Part shown: piece by piece, positions 1-13,556 of the stretch | How the letters are laid out: each line of letters begins with the position of its first letter | Position numbering within the stretch: the first letter of the stretch is position 1 | Translations under genes and position numbers: made by a program | Assembly: GCA_002189035.1 (NCBI GenBank) | Contig: NEEC01000041.1 | Coordinates: forward strand, 1-64,000 | Source: Utricularia gibba | Taxonomy: Eukaryota > Plantae > Magnoliophyta | Direction: 5' to 3' | DNA length: 64,000 nt | Notes under the pieces: model-generated | The model's input: the letters and a program-made list of their open reading frames with translations, nothing else | Told to the model about the DNA's origin: nothing | Databases searched by the model: none

Positions 1-3000
1 CGAGATGATCATTTAAGATGCCATGGGTGTGTCCTAGCCACAACCTCATGGTGGCCTCGTGCACTCTTCGGTATCGAGTGGATATCTTGCAAACGGTGAT
101 GAGTCATGTTGCACATATCATACCGTTTCGAAGCTCGTTCCGAGCCGTCTCTTTCGTGTTGAGAACTTGTTCGTCCGAGGCACAAATGCTCGAAAGATTG
201 CCTTATATTAGCCTTCAGATGTGCAACGAAGTGGCCACCCGTTCGCGAAAATGTGACTCGGGACACCTGACTCGATGCGAATGTGATTTTTGCAAGACAT
301 ATGTATTTCATGGGACGATGTGAAATTTTGATTTCGAGATGATCATTTAAGATGCCATGGGTGTGTCCCTAGCCACAACCTCATGGTGGCCTCGTGCACT
401 CTTCGGTATCGAGTGGATATCTTGCAAAGTGATGAGTCATGTTGCACATATCATACCGTTTCGAAGCTCGTTCCGAGCCGGTCTTCTTTCGTGTTGAGAA
501 CTTGTTCGTCCGAGGAGGCACAAATGCTCGAAAGATTGCCTTATATTAGCCTTCAGATGTGCAACGAAGTGGCCACCACGTTCGCGACGATGCGACTCGG
601 GACACCGACTCGATGCGAATGTGATTTTGACATGCAAGACATATGTATTTCATGGGACGATGTGAAATTTTGGATTTCGAGATGATCATTTAAGATGCCA
701 TGGGTGTGTCCCTAGCCACAACCTCATGGTGGCCTCGTGCACTCTTCGGTATCGAGTGGATATCTTGCAAATGGTGATGAGTCATGTTGCACATATCATA
801 CCGTTTCGAAGCTCGTTCCGAGCCGGTCTTCTTTCGTGTTGAGAACTTGTTCGTCCGAGGAGGCACAAATGCTCGAAAGATTGCCTTATATTAGCCTTCA
901 GATGTGCAACGAAGTGGCCACCACGTTCGCGAAAATGTGACTCGGGACACCTGACTCGATGCGAATGTGATTTTTGACATGCAAAGACATATGTATTTCA
1001 TGGGACGATGTGAAATTTTGGATTTCGAGATGATCATTTAAGATGCCATGGGGTGTCCCTAGCCACAACCTCATGGTGGCCTCGTGCACTCTTCGGTATC
1101 GAGTGGATATCTTGCATGGTGAGAGTCATGTTGCATACATACCGTTTCGAAGCTCGTTCCGAGCCGGTCTTCTTTCGTGTTGAGAACTTGTTCGTCCGAG
1201 GAGGCACAAATGCTCGAAAGATTGCCTTATATTAGCCTTCAGATGTGCAACGAAGTGGCCACCACGTTCGCGAAAATGTGACTCGGGACACCTGACTCGA
1301 TGCGAATGTGATTTTTGACATGCAAGACATATGTATTTCATGGGACGATGTGAAAATTTGGATTTCGAGATGATCATTTAAGATGCCATGGGTGTGTCCC
1401 TAGCCACAACCTCATGGTGGCCTCGTGCACTCTTCGGTATCGAGTGGATATCTTGCAAACGGTGATGAGTCATGTTGCACATATCATACCGTTTCGAAGC
1501 TCGTTCCGAGCCGTCTTCTTTCGTGTTGAGAACTTGTTCGTCCGAGGAGCACAATGCTCGAAAGATTGCCTTATATAGCCTTCAGATGTGCAACGAAGTG
1601 GCCACCACGTTCGCGAAAATGTGACTCGGGACACCTGACTCGATGCGAATGTGATTTTTGGCATGCAAGACATATGTATTTCATGGGACGATGTGAAATT
1701 TGGATTTCGAGATGATCATTTAAGATGCCATGGGTGTGTCCCTAGCCACAACCTCATGGTGGCCTCGTGCACTCTTCGGTATCGAGTGGATATCTTGCAA
1801 ACGGTGATGAGTCATGTTGCACATAGCATACCGTTTCGAAGCTCGTTCCGAGCCGGTCTTCTTTCGTGTTGAGAACTTGTTCGTCCGAGGAGGCACAAAT
1901 GCTCGAAAGATTGCCTTATATTAGCCTTCAGATGTGCAACGAAGTGGCCACCACGTTCGCGACGATGCGACTCGGGACACCGACTCGATGCGAATGTGAT
2001 TTTCGGCATGCAAGACATATGTATTTCATGGGACGATGTGAAATTTTGGATTTCGAGATGATCATTTAAGATGCCATGGGTGTGTCCTAGCCACAACCTC
2101 ATGGTGGCCTCGTGCACTCTTCGGTATCGAGTGGATATCTTGCAAACGGTGATGAGTCATGTTGCACATATCATACCGTTTCGAAGCTCGTTCCGAGCCG
2201 GTCTTCTTTCGTTTGAGAACTTGTTCGTCCGAGGAGGCACAAAATGCTCGAAAGATTGCCTTATATTAGCCTTCAGATGTGCAACGAAGTGGCCACCACG
2301 TTCGCGAAAATGTGACTCGGGACACCTGACTCGATGCGAATGTGATTTTTGACATGCAAGACATATGTATTTCATGGGACGATGTGAAATTTTGATTTCG
2401 AGATGATCATTTAAGATGCCATGGGTGTGTCCCTAGCCACAACCTCATGGTGGCCTCGTGCACTCTTCGGTATCGAGTGGATATCTTGCAAATGGTGATG
2501 AGTCATGTTGCACATATCATACCGTTTCGAAGCTCGTTCCGAGCCGGTCTTCTTTCGTGTTGAGAACTTGTTCGTCCGAGGAGGCACAAATGCTCGAAAG
2601 ATTGCCTTATATTAGCCTTCAGATGTGCAACGAAGTGGCCACCACGTTCGCGACGATGCGACTCGGGACACCGACTCGATGCGAATGTGATTTTCGGCAT
2701 GCAAGACGTATATTTCATGGGACGATGTGAAATTTTGGATTTCGAGATGATCATTTAAGATGCCATGGGTGTGTCCTAGCCACACCTCATGGTGGCCTCG
2801 TGCACTCTTCGGTATCGAGTGGATATCTTGCAAACGGTGATGAGTCATGTTGCACATATCATACCGTTTCGAAGCTCGTTCCGAGCCGGTCTTCTTTCGT
2901 GTTGAGAACTTGTTCGTCCGAGGAGGCACAAATGCTCGAAAGATTGCCTTATATTAGCCTTCAGATGTGCAACGAAGTGGCCACCACGTTCGCGAAAATG

Positions 3001-6000
3001 TGACTCGGGACACCTGACTCGATGCGAATGTGATTTTTTCATGCAAGACGTATGTATTTCATGGGACGATGTGAAATTTTGATTTCGAGATGATCATTTA
3101 ATGGGTGTGTCCCTAGCCACAACCTCATGGTGGCCTCGTGCACTCTTCGGTATCGAGTGGATATCTTGCAAAGGTGATGAGTCATGTTGCACATATCATA
3201 CGTTTCGAAGCTCGTTCCGAGCCGGTCTTCTTTCGTGTTGAGAACTTGTTCGTCCGAGAGGCACAAATGCTCGAAAGATTGCCTTATATTAGCCTTCAGA
3301 TGTGCAACGAAGTGGCCACCACGTTGCGAATGCGACTCGGGACACCGACTCGATGCGAATGTGATTTTTGACATGCAAGACATATGTATTTCATGGGACG
3401 ATGTGAAATTTTGGATTTCGAGATGATCATTTAAGATGCCATGGGTGTGTCCTAGCCACAACCTCATGGTGGCCTCGTGCACTCTTCGGTATCGAGTGGA
3501 TATCTTGCAAACGGTGATGAGTCATGTTGCACATATCATACCGTTTCGAAGCTCGTTCCGAGCCGGTCTTCTTTCGTGTTGAGAACTTGTTCGTCCGAGG
3601 AGGCACAAATGCTCGAAAGATTGCCTTATATTAGCCTTCAGATGTGCAACGAAGTGGCCACCACGTTCGCGAAAATGTGACTCGGACACCTGACTCGATG
3701 CGAATGTGATTTTTGACATGCAAGACATATGTATTTCATGGACGATGTGAAATTTGATTTCGAGATGATCATTTAAGATGCCATGGGTGTGTCCCTAGCC
3801 ACAACCTCATGGTGGCCTCGTGCACTCTTCGGTATCGAGTGGATATCTTGCAAATGGTGATGAGTCATGTTGCACATAGCATACCGTTTCGAAGCTCGTT
3901 CCGAGCCGGTCTTCTTTCGTGTTGAGAACTTGTTCGTCCGAGGAGCACAAATGCTCGAAAGATTGCCTTATATTAGCCTTCAGATGTGCAACGAAGTGGC
4001 CACCACGTTCGCGACGATGCGACTCGGGACACCGACTCGATGCGAATGTGATTTTTCATGCAAGACGTATGTATTTCATGGACGATGTGAAATTTTGGAT
4101 TTCGAGATGATCATTTAAGATGCCATGGTGTGTCCCTAGCCACAACCTCATGGTGGCCTCGTGCACTCTTCGGTATCGAGTGGATATCTTGCAACGGTGA
4201 TGAGTCATGTTGCACATATCATACCGTTTCGAAGCTCGTTCCGAGCCGTCTTCTTTCGTGTTGAGAACTTGTTCGTCCGAGAGCACAAATGCTCGAAAGA
4301 TTGCCTTATATTAGCCTTCAGATGTGCAACGAAGTGGCCACTTCGCGACGATGCGACTCGGGACACCCGACTCGATGCGAATGTGATTTTTGACATGCAA
4401 GACATATGTATTTCATGGACGATGTGAAATTTTGATTTCGAGATGATCATTTAAGATGCCATGGGTGTGTCCTAGCCACAACCTCATGGTGGCCTCGTGC
4501 ACTCTTCGGTATCGAGTGGATATCTTGCAAACGGTGATGAGTCATGTTGCACATATCATACCGTTTCGAAGCTCGTTCCGAGCCGTCTTCTTTCGTGTTG
4601 AGAACTTGTTCGTCCGAGGCACAAATGCTCGAAAGATTGCCTTATATTAGCCTTCAGATGTGCAACGAAGTGGCCACCACGTTCGCGAAAATGTGACTCG
4701 GGACACCTGACTCGATGCGAATGTGATTTTTACATGCAAGACATATGTATTTCATGGGATGTGAAATTTTGGATTTCGAGATGATCATTTAAGATGCCAT
4801 GGGTGTGTCCCTAGCCACAACCTCATGGCCTCGTGCACTCTTCGGTATCGAGTGGATATCTTGCAAATGGTGATGAGTCATGTTGCACATATCATACCGT
4901 TTCGAAGCTCGTTCCGAGCCGGTCTTCTTTCGTGTTGAGAACTTGTTCGTCCGAGGAGGCACAAATGCTCGAAAGATTGCCTTATATTAGCCTTAGATGT
5001 GCAACGAAGTGGCCACACGTTCGCGACGATGCGACTCGGGACACCCGACTCGATGCGAATGTGATTTTCGCATGCAAGACGTATGTATTTCATGGACGAT
5101 GTGAAATTTGATTTCGAGATGATCATTTAAGATGCATGGGTGTGTCCCTAGCCACAACCTCATGGTGGCCTCGTGCACTCTTCGGTATCGAGTGGATATC
5201 TTGCAAACGGTGATGAGTCATGTTGCACATATCATACCGTTTCGAAGCTCGTTCCGAGCCGGTCTTCTTTCGTGTTGAGAACTTGTTCGTCCGAGGAGGC
5301 ACAAATGCTCGAAAGATTGCCTTATATTAGCCTTAGATGTGCAACGAAGTGGCCACCACGTTCGCGAAAATGTGACTCGGGACACCGACTCGATGCGAAT
5401 GTGATTTTTGACATGCAAGACATATGTATTTCATGGGACGATGTGAAATTTGATTTCGAGATGATCATTTAAGATGCCATGGTGTGTCCCTAGCCACAAC
5501 CTCATGGTGGCCTCGTGCACTCTTCGGTATCGAGTGGATATCTTGCAAATGGTGATGAGTCATGTTGCACATAGCATACCGTTTCGAAGCTCGTTCCGAG
5601 CCGGTCTTCTTTCGTGTTGAGAACTTGTTCGTCCGAGAGGCACAAATGCTCGAAAGATTGCCTTATATTAGCCTTAGATGTGCAACGAAGTGGCCACACG
5701 TTCGCGACGATGCGACTCGGGACACCTGACTCGATGCGAATGTGATTTTCGGCATGCAAGACGTATGTATTTCATGGACGATGTGAAATTTGGATTTCGA
5801 GATGATCATTTAAGATGCATGGGTGTGTCCCTAGCCACAACCTCATGGTGGCCTCGTGCACTCTTCGGTATCGAGTGGATATCTTGCAAACGGTGATGAG
5901 TCATGTTGCACATATCTTCTTTCGTGTTGAGAACTTGTTCGTCCGAGGAGGCACAAATGCTCGAAAGATTGCCTTATATTAGCCTTCAGATGTGCAACGA

Positions 6001-6720
6001 AGTGGCCACCACGTTCGCGACGATGCGACTCGGGACACCCGACTCGATGCGAATGTGATTTTCGGCATGCAAGACATATGTATTTCATGGGACGATGTGA
6101 AATTTGATTTCGAGATGATCATTTAAGATGCCATGGGTGTGTCCCTAGCCACAACCTCATGGTGGCCTCGTGCACTCTTCGGTATCGAGTGGATATCTTG
6201 CAAATGGTGATGAGTCATGTTGCACATAGCATACCGTTTCGAAGCTCGTTCCGAGCCGGTCTTCTTTCGTGTTGAGAACTTGTTCGTCCGAGGAGGCACA
6301 AATGCTCGAAAGATTGCCTTATATTAGCCTTCAGATGTGCAACGAAGTGGCCACCACGTTCGCGACGATGCGACTCGGGACACCCGACTCGATGCGAATG
6401 TGATTTTCGGCATGCAAGACATATGTATTTCATGGGACGATGTGAAATTTGGATTTCGAGATGATCATTTAAGATGCCATGGGTGTGTCCCTAGCCACAA
6501 CCTCATGGTGGCCTCGTGCACTCTTCGGTATCGAGTGGATATCTTGCAAACGGTGATGAGTCATGTTGCACATAGCATACCGTTTCGAAGCTCGTTCCGA
6601 GCCGGTCTTCTTTCGTGTTGAGAACTTGTTCGTCCGAGGAGGCACAAATGCTCGAAGATTGCCTTATATTAGCCTTCAAGATGTGCAACGAAGTGGCCAC
6701 CACGTTCGCGAAAATGTGAC
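1..6720 (+). repeat. Monomer subfamily domain A (GCGAAAATGTGAC variant, usually with CACCTGAC and often TTTTTGACATG)
   Basis: GCGAAAATGTGAC replaces GCGACGATGCGAC at about 245, 929, 1270, 1613, 2304, 2993, 3669, 4685, 5364 and 6708. I did not see the complete variant after 6720. Confidence 0.8.
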
Positions 6721-9700
6721 TCGGGACACCTGACTCGATGCGAATGTGATTTTTGCACATATGTATTTCATGGGACGATGTGAATATTTGGATTTCGAGA
6801 TGATCATTTAAGATGCCATGGTGTGTCCCTAGCCACAACCTCATGGTGCACTCTTCGGTATCGAGTGGATATCTTGCAAATGGTGATTGTTGCACATAGC
6901 ATACCGTTTCGAAGCTCGTTCCGAGCCGGTCTCTTTCGTGTTGAGAACTTGTTCCCGAGGAGCACAAATGCTCGAAAGATTGCCTTATATTAGCCTTATG
7001 TGCAACGAAGTGGCCACACGTTCGCGACGATGCGACTCGGGACACCCGACTCGATGCGAATGTGATTTTCGGCATGCAAGACATATGTATTTCATGGGAC
7101 GATGTGAATTTGGATTTCGAGATGATCATTTAAGATGCCATGGGTGTGTCCCTAGCCACAACCTCATGGTGGCCTCGTGCACTCTTCGGTATCGAGTGGA
7201 TATCTTGCAAAGGTGATGAGTCATGTTGCACATATACCGTTTCGAAGCTCGTTCCGAGCCGGTCTTTCGTGTTGAGAACTTGTTCGTCCGAGGAGGCACA
7301 AATGCTCGAAAGATTGCCTTATATTAGCCTTCAGATGCAACGAAGTGGCCACACGTTCGCGACGATGCGACTCGGGACACCCGACTCGATGCGAATGTGA
7401 TTTTCGACACATATGTATTTCATGGGACGATGTGAATATTTGGATTTCGAGATGATCATTTAAGATGCCATGGTGTGTCCCTAGCCACAACCTCATGGTG
7501 GCCTCGTGCACTCTTCGGTATCGAGTGGATATCTTGCAAATGATGAGTCATGTTGCACATAGCATACCGTTTCGAAGCTCGTTCCGAGCCGGTCTTCTTT
7601 CGTGTTGAGAACTTGTTCGTCCGAGGGGCACAAATGCTCGAAAGATTGCCTTATATTAGCCTTAATGTGCAACGAAGTGGCCACCACGTTCGCGACGATG
7701 CGACTCGGGACACCCGACTCGATGCGAATGTGATTTTCGGCATGCAAGACATATGTATTTCATGGGACGATGTGAAATTTGGATTTCGAGATGATCATTT
7801 AAGATGCCATGGGTGTGTCCCTAGCCACAACCTCATGGTGGCCTCGTGCACTCTTCGGTATCGAGTGGATATCTTGCAAACGGTGATGAGTCATGTTGCA
7901 CATATCATACCGTTTCGAAGCTCGTTCCGAGCCGGTCTTCTTTCGTGTTGAGAACTTGTTCGTCCGAGGAGGCACAAATGCTCGAAAGATTGCCTTATAT
8001 TAGCCTTCAGATGTGCAACGAAGTGGCCACACGTTCGCGACGATGCGACTCGGGACACCCGACTCGATGCGAATGTGATTTTCGGCATGCAAGACATATG
8101 TATTTCATGGGACGATGTGAAATTTTGGATTTCGAGATGATCATTTAAGATGCCATGGGTGTGTCCCTAGCCACAACCTCATGGTGGCCTCGTGCACTCT
8201 TCGGTATCGAGTGGATATCTTGCAAATGGTGATGAGTCATGTTGCACATAGCATACCGTTTCGAAGCTCGTTCCGAGCCGGTCTTCTTTCGTGTTGAGAA
8301 CTTGTTCGTCCGAGGAGGCACAAATGCTCGAAAGATTGCCTTATATTAGCCTTCAGATGTGCAACGAAGTGGCCACCGTTCGCGACGATGCGACTCGGGA
8401 CACCCGACTCGATGCGAATGTGATTTTTGATGCAAGACGTATGTATTTCATGGGACGATGTGAATTTTGGATTCGAGATGATCATTTAAGATGTGTGTCC
8501 CTAGCCACAACCTCATGGTCGTGCACTCTTCGGTATCGAGTGGATATCTTGCAAACGGTGATGAGTCATGTTGCACATACATTCGTGTTGAGAACTTGTT
8601 CGTCCGAGGAGGCACAAATGCTCGAAAGATTGCCTTATATTAGCCTTCAGATGTGCAACGAAGTGGCCACACGTTCGCGACGATGCGACTCGGGACACCC
8701 GACTCGATGCGAATGTGATTTTCGCATGCAAGACATATGTATTTCATGGGACGATGTGAATTTTGGATTTCGAGATGATCATTTAAGATGCCATGGGTGT
8801 GTCCCTAGCCACAACCTCATGGTGGCCTCGTGCACTCTTCGGTATCGAGTGGATATCTTGCAAATGGTGATGAGTCATGTTGCACATAGCATACCGTTTC
8901 GAAGCTCGTTCCGAGCCGGTCTTCTTTCGTGTTGAGAACTTGTTCGTCCGAGGAGGCACAAATGCTCGAAAGATTGCCTTATATTAGCCTTCAGATGTGC
9001 AACGAAGTGGCCACCACGTTCGCGACGATGCGACTCGGGACACCCGACTCGATGCGAATGTGATTTTCGGCATGCAAGACATATGTATTTCATGGGACGA
9101 TGTGAAATTTGGATTTCGAGATGATCATTTAAGATGCCATGGGTGTGTCCCTAGCCACAACCTCATGGTGGCCTCGTGCACTCTTCGGTATCGAGTGGAT
9201 ATCTTGCAAATGGTGATGAGTCATGTTGCACATAGCATACCGTTTCGAAGCTCGTTCCGAGCCGGTCTTCTTTCGTGTTGAGAACTTGTTCGTCCGAGGA
9301 GGCACAAATGCTCGAAAGATTGCCTTATATTAGCCTTAAGATGTGCAACGAAGTGGCCACCACGTTCGCGACGATGCGACTCGGGACACCCGACTCGATG
9401 CGAATGTGATTTTCGGCATGCAAGACATATGTATTTCATGGGACGATGTGAAATTTGGATTTCGAGATGATCATTTAAGATGCCATGGGTGTGTCCCTAG
9501 CCACAACCTCATGGTGGCCTCGTGCACTCTTCGGTATCGAGTGGATATCTTGCAAACGGTGATGAGTCATGTTGCACATATCATACCGTTTCGAAGCTCG
9601 TTCCGAGCCGGTCTTCTTTCGTGTTGAGAACTTGTTCGTCCGAGGAGGCACAAATGCTCGAAAGATTGCCTTATATTAGCCTTCAGATGTGCAACGAAGT

Positions 9701-10853
9701 GGCCACCACGTTCGCGACGATGCGACTCGGGACACCTGACTCGATGCGAATGTGATTTTGCATGCAAGACATATGTATTTCATGGGACGATGTGAAATTT
9801 GATTTCGAGATGATCATTTAAGATGCCATGGGTGTGTCCCTAGCCACAACCTCATGGTGGCCTCGTGCACTCTTCGGTATCGAGTGGATATCTTGCAAAC
9901 GGTGATGAGTCATGTTGCACATAGCATACCGTTTCGAAGCTCGTTCCGAGCCGGTCTTCTTTCGTGTTGAGAACTTGTTCGTCCGAGGAGGCACAAATGC
10001 TCGAAAGATTGCCTTATATTAGCCTTCAGATGTGCAACGAAGTGGCCACCACGTTCGCGACGATGCGACTCGGGACACCCGACTCGATGCGAATGTGATT
10101 TTCGGCATGCAAGACATATGTATTTCATGGGACGATGTGAAATTTTGGATTTCGAGATGATCATTTAAGATGCCATGGGTGTGTCCCTAGCCACAACCTC
10201 ATGGTGGCCTCGTGCACTCTTCGGTATCGAGTGGATATCTTGCAAACGGTGATGAGTCATGTTGCACATAGTTCGAGCTCGTTCGTGTGTTGAGAACTTG
10301 TTCGTCCGAGGAGGCACAAATGCTCGAAAGATTGCCTTATATTAGCCTTCAGATGTGCAACGAAGTGGCCACCACGTTCGCCGGGACACCCGACTCGATG
10401 CGAATGTGATTTTCATGCAAGACATATGTATTTCATGGGACGATGTGAAATTTGGATTTCGAGATGATCATTTAAGATGCCATGGGTGTGTCCCTAGCCA
10501 CAACCTCATGGTGGCCTCGTGCACTCTTCGGTATCGAGTGGATATCTTGCAAATGGTGATGAGTCATGTTGCACATATCATACCGTTTCGAAGCTCGTTC
10601 CGAGCCGGTCTTTTCGTGTTGAGAACTTGTTCGTCGAGGAGGCACAAATGCTCGAAAGATTGCCTTATATTAGCCTTCAGATGTGCAACGAAGTGGCCAC
10701 CACGTTCGCGACGATGCGACTCGGACACCCGACTCGATGCGAATGTGATTTTTGCATGCAAGACGTATGTATTTCATGGGACGATGTGAAATTTGGATTT
10801 CGAGATGATCATTTAAGATGCCATGGGTGTGTCCCTAGCCACAACCTCATGGT

Positions 10854-11925
10854 ACCGTTTCGTGCACTCTTCGTTCCGAGCCGGAGTCTCTTTATGTTGC
10901 AGAACTTGATTCGTCATGTTGCACATGCACAAATGCTCGCGAAGCTTATATCCCTTAAGATCTCTTTCGTGTTGAGAACTTGTTCGTCCGAGGAGGCACA
11001 AATGCTCGAAAGATTGCCTTATATTAGCCTTAGATGTGCAACGAAGTGGCCACACGTTCGCGACGATGCGACTCGGGACACCCGACTCGATGCGAATGTG
11101 ATTTTCGGCATGCAAGACATATGTATTTCATGGGACGATGTGAATATTTGGATTTCGAGATGATCATTTAAGATGCCATGGGTGTGTCCCTAGCCACAAC
11201 CTCATGGTGGCCTCGTGCACTCTTCGGTATCGAGTGGATATCTTGCAAACGGTGATGAGTCATGTTGCACATATCATACCGTTTCGAAGCTCGTTCCGAG
11301 CCGGTCTTCTTTCGTGTTGAGAACTTGTTCGTCCGAGGAGCACAAATGCTCGAAAGATTGCCTTATATTAGCCTTCAGATGTGCAACGAAGTGGCCACCA
11401 CGTTCGCGAAGCGATCGCGACTCGGGACGAGCCGGTCGATGATCGAATGTGATTTTCGGCAACTTGACATGTCCGTATTTCAGGCACATGCTCGAAAGAT
11501 TGCCTTATATTAGCCTTGATTTGTGCAACGAATCATGCCACCACCATGTCGTGTCGACCTAGCCACAACCTCATGGTGGCCTCGTGCACTCTTCGGTATC
11601 GAGTGGATATCTTGCAAACGACTCGATCAATGTGATTTTCATACCGCATGCGACATCGTTCATGGCCGGTGTGAATATTTGGATTCTTTCGAGAGATCAT
11701 TTAAGATGCCACGGGGTGTCAGCACATGCTCGAAAGATTGCCTTATATTAGCCTTCAGATGTGCAACGAAGTGGCCACCACGTTCGCGACGATGCGACTC
11801 GGCGACACCCGACTCGATGCGAATGTGATGGTTCGGCATGAGTCATGATTGTATTTCATAGCATACCGTTTCGAAGTTTCGTGGATCCTTCGAGCCATTC
11901 TTGCCATTTAAGATGCCATGTGTGT
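10854..11925. other. Scrambled/mosaic satellite islands interspersed with intact monomer parts (probable consensus artefact)
   Basis: Short monomer fragments from different registers are interleaved at 10854-10961, about 11410-11720 and about 11825-11925. There is no non-monomer vocabulary. Confidence 0.7.
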
Positions 11926-13556
11926 CCCTAGCCACAACCTCATGGTGGCCTCGTGCACTCTTCGGTATCGAGTGGATATCTTGCAAATGGTGATGAGTCA
12001 TGTTGCACATAGCATACCGTTTCGAAGCTCGTTCCGAGCCGGTCTTCTTTCGTGTTGAGAACTTGTTCGTCCGAGGAGGCACAAATGCTCGAAAGATTGC
12101 CTTATATTAGCCTTCAATGTGCAACGAAGTGGCCACCACGTTCGCGAAATGCGACTCGGGACACCGACTCGATGCGAATGTGATTTGCATGCAAGACATA
12201 TGTATTTCATGGGACGATGTGAAATTTTGGATTTCGAGATGATCATTTAAGATGCCATGGGTGTGTCCCTAGCCACAACCTCATGGTGGCCTCGTGCACT
12301 CTTCGGTATCGAGTGGATATCTTGCAAACGGTGATGAGTCATGTTGCACATCATACCGTTTCGAAGCTCGTTCCGAGCCGGTCTTCTTTCGTGTTGAGAA
12401 CTTGTTCGTCCGAGGAGGCACAAATGCTCGAAAGATTGCCTTATATTAGCCTTCAGATGTGCAACGAAGTGGCCACCACGTTCGCGACGATGCGACTCGG
12501 GACACCCGACTCGATGCGAATGTGATTTTCGCATGCAAGACATATGTATTTCATGGGACGATGTGAAATTTGGATTTCGAGATGATCATTTAAGATGCCA
12601 TGGGTGTGTCCCTAGCCACAACCTCATGGTGGCCTCGTGCACTCTTCGGTATCGAGTGGATATCTTGCACATGTTGCACATAGCATACCGTTTCGAAGCT
12701 CGTTCCGAGCCGGTCTTCTTTCGTGTTGAGAACTTGTTCGTCCGATGCTCGAAAGATTGCCTTATATTAGCCTTCAGATGTGCAACGAAGTGGCCACCAC
12801 GTTCGCGACGATGCGACTCGGGACACCCGACTCGATGCGAATGTGATTTTCGGCATGCAAGACATGTATTTCATGGGACGATGTGAAATTTTGGATTTCG
12901 AGATGATCATTTAAGATGCCATGGGTGTGTCCCTAGCCACAACCTCATGGTGGCCTCGTGCACTCTTCGGTATCGAGTGGATATCTTGCAAACGGTGATG
13001 AGTCATGTTGCACATACTCGTTCCGAGCCGGTCTCTTTCGTGTTGAGAACTTGTTCGTCCGAGGAGGCACAAATGCTCGAAAGATTGCCTTATATTAGCC
13101 TTAGATGTGCAACGAAGTGGCCACCACGTTCGCGACGATGCGACTCGGGACACCCGACTCGATGCGAATGTGATTTTTGACATGCAAGACATATGTATTT
13201 CATGGGACGATGTGAAATTTGGATTTCGAGATGATCATTTAAGATGCCATGGGTGTGTCCCTAGCCACAACCTCATGGTGGCCTCGTGCACTCTTCGGTA
13301 TCGAGTGGATATCTTGCAAACGGTGATGAGTCATGTTGCACATCATACCGTTTCGAAGCTCGTTCCGAGCCGGTCTTCTTTCGTGTTGAGAACAGGAGGC
13401 ACAAATGCTCGAAAGATTGCCTTATATTAGCCTTCAGATGTGCAACGAAGTGGCCACCACGTTCGCGACGATGCGACTCGGGACACCGACTCGATGCGAA
13501 TGTGATTTTCATGCAAGACATATGTATTTCATGGGACGATGTGAAATTTGGATTTC

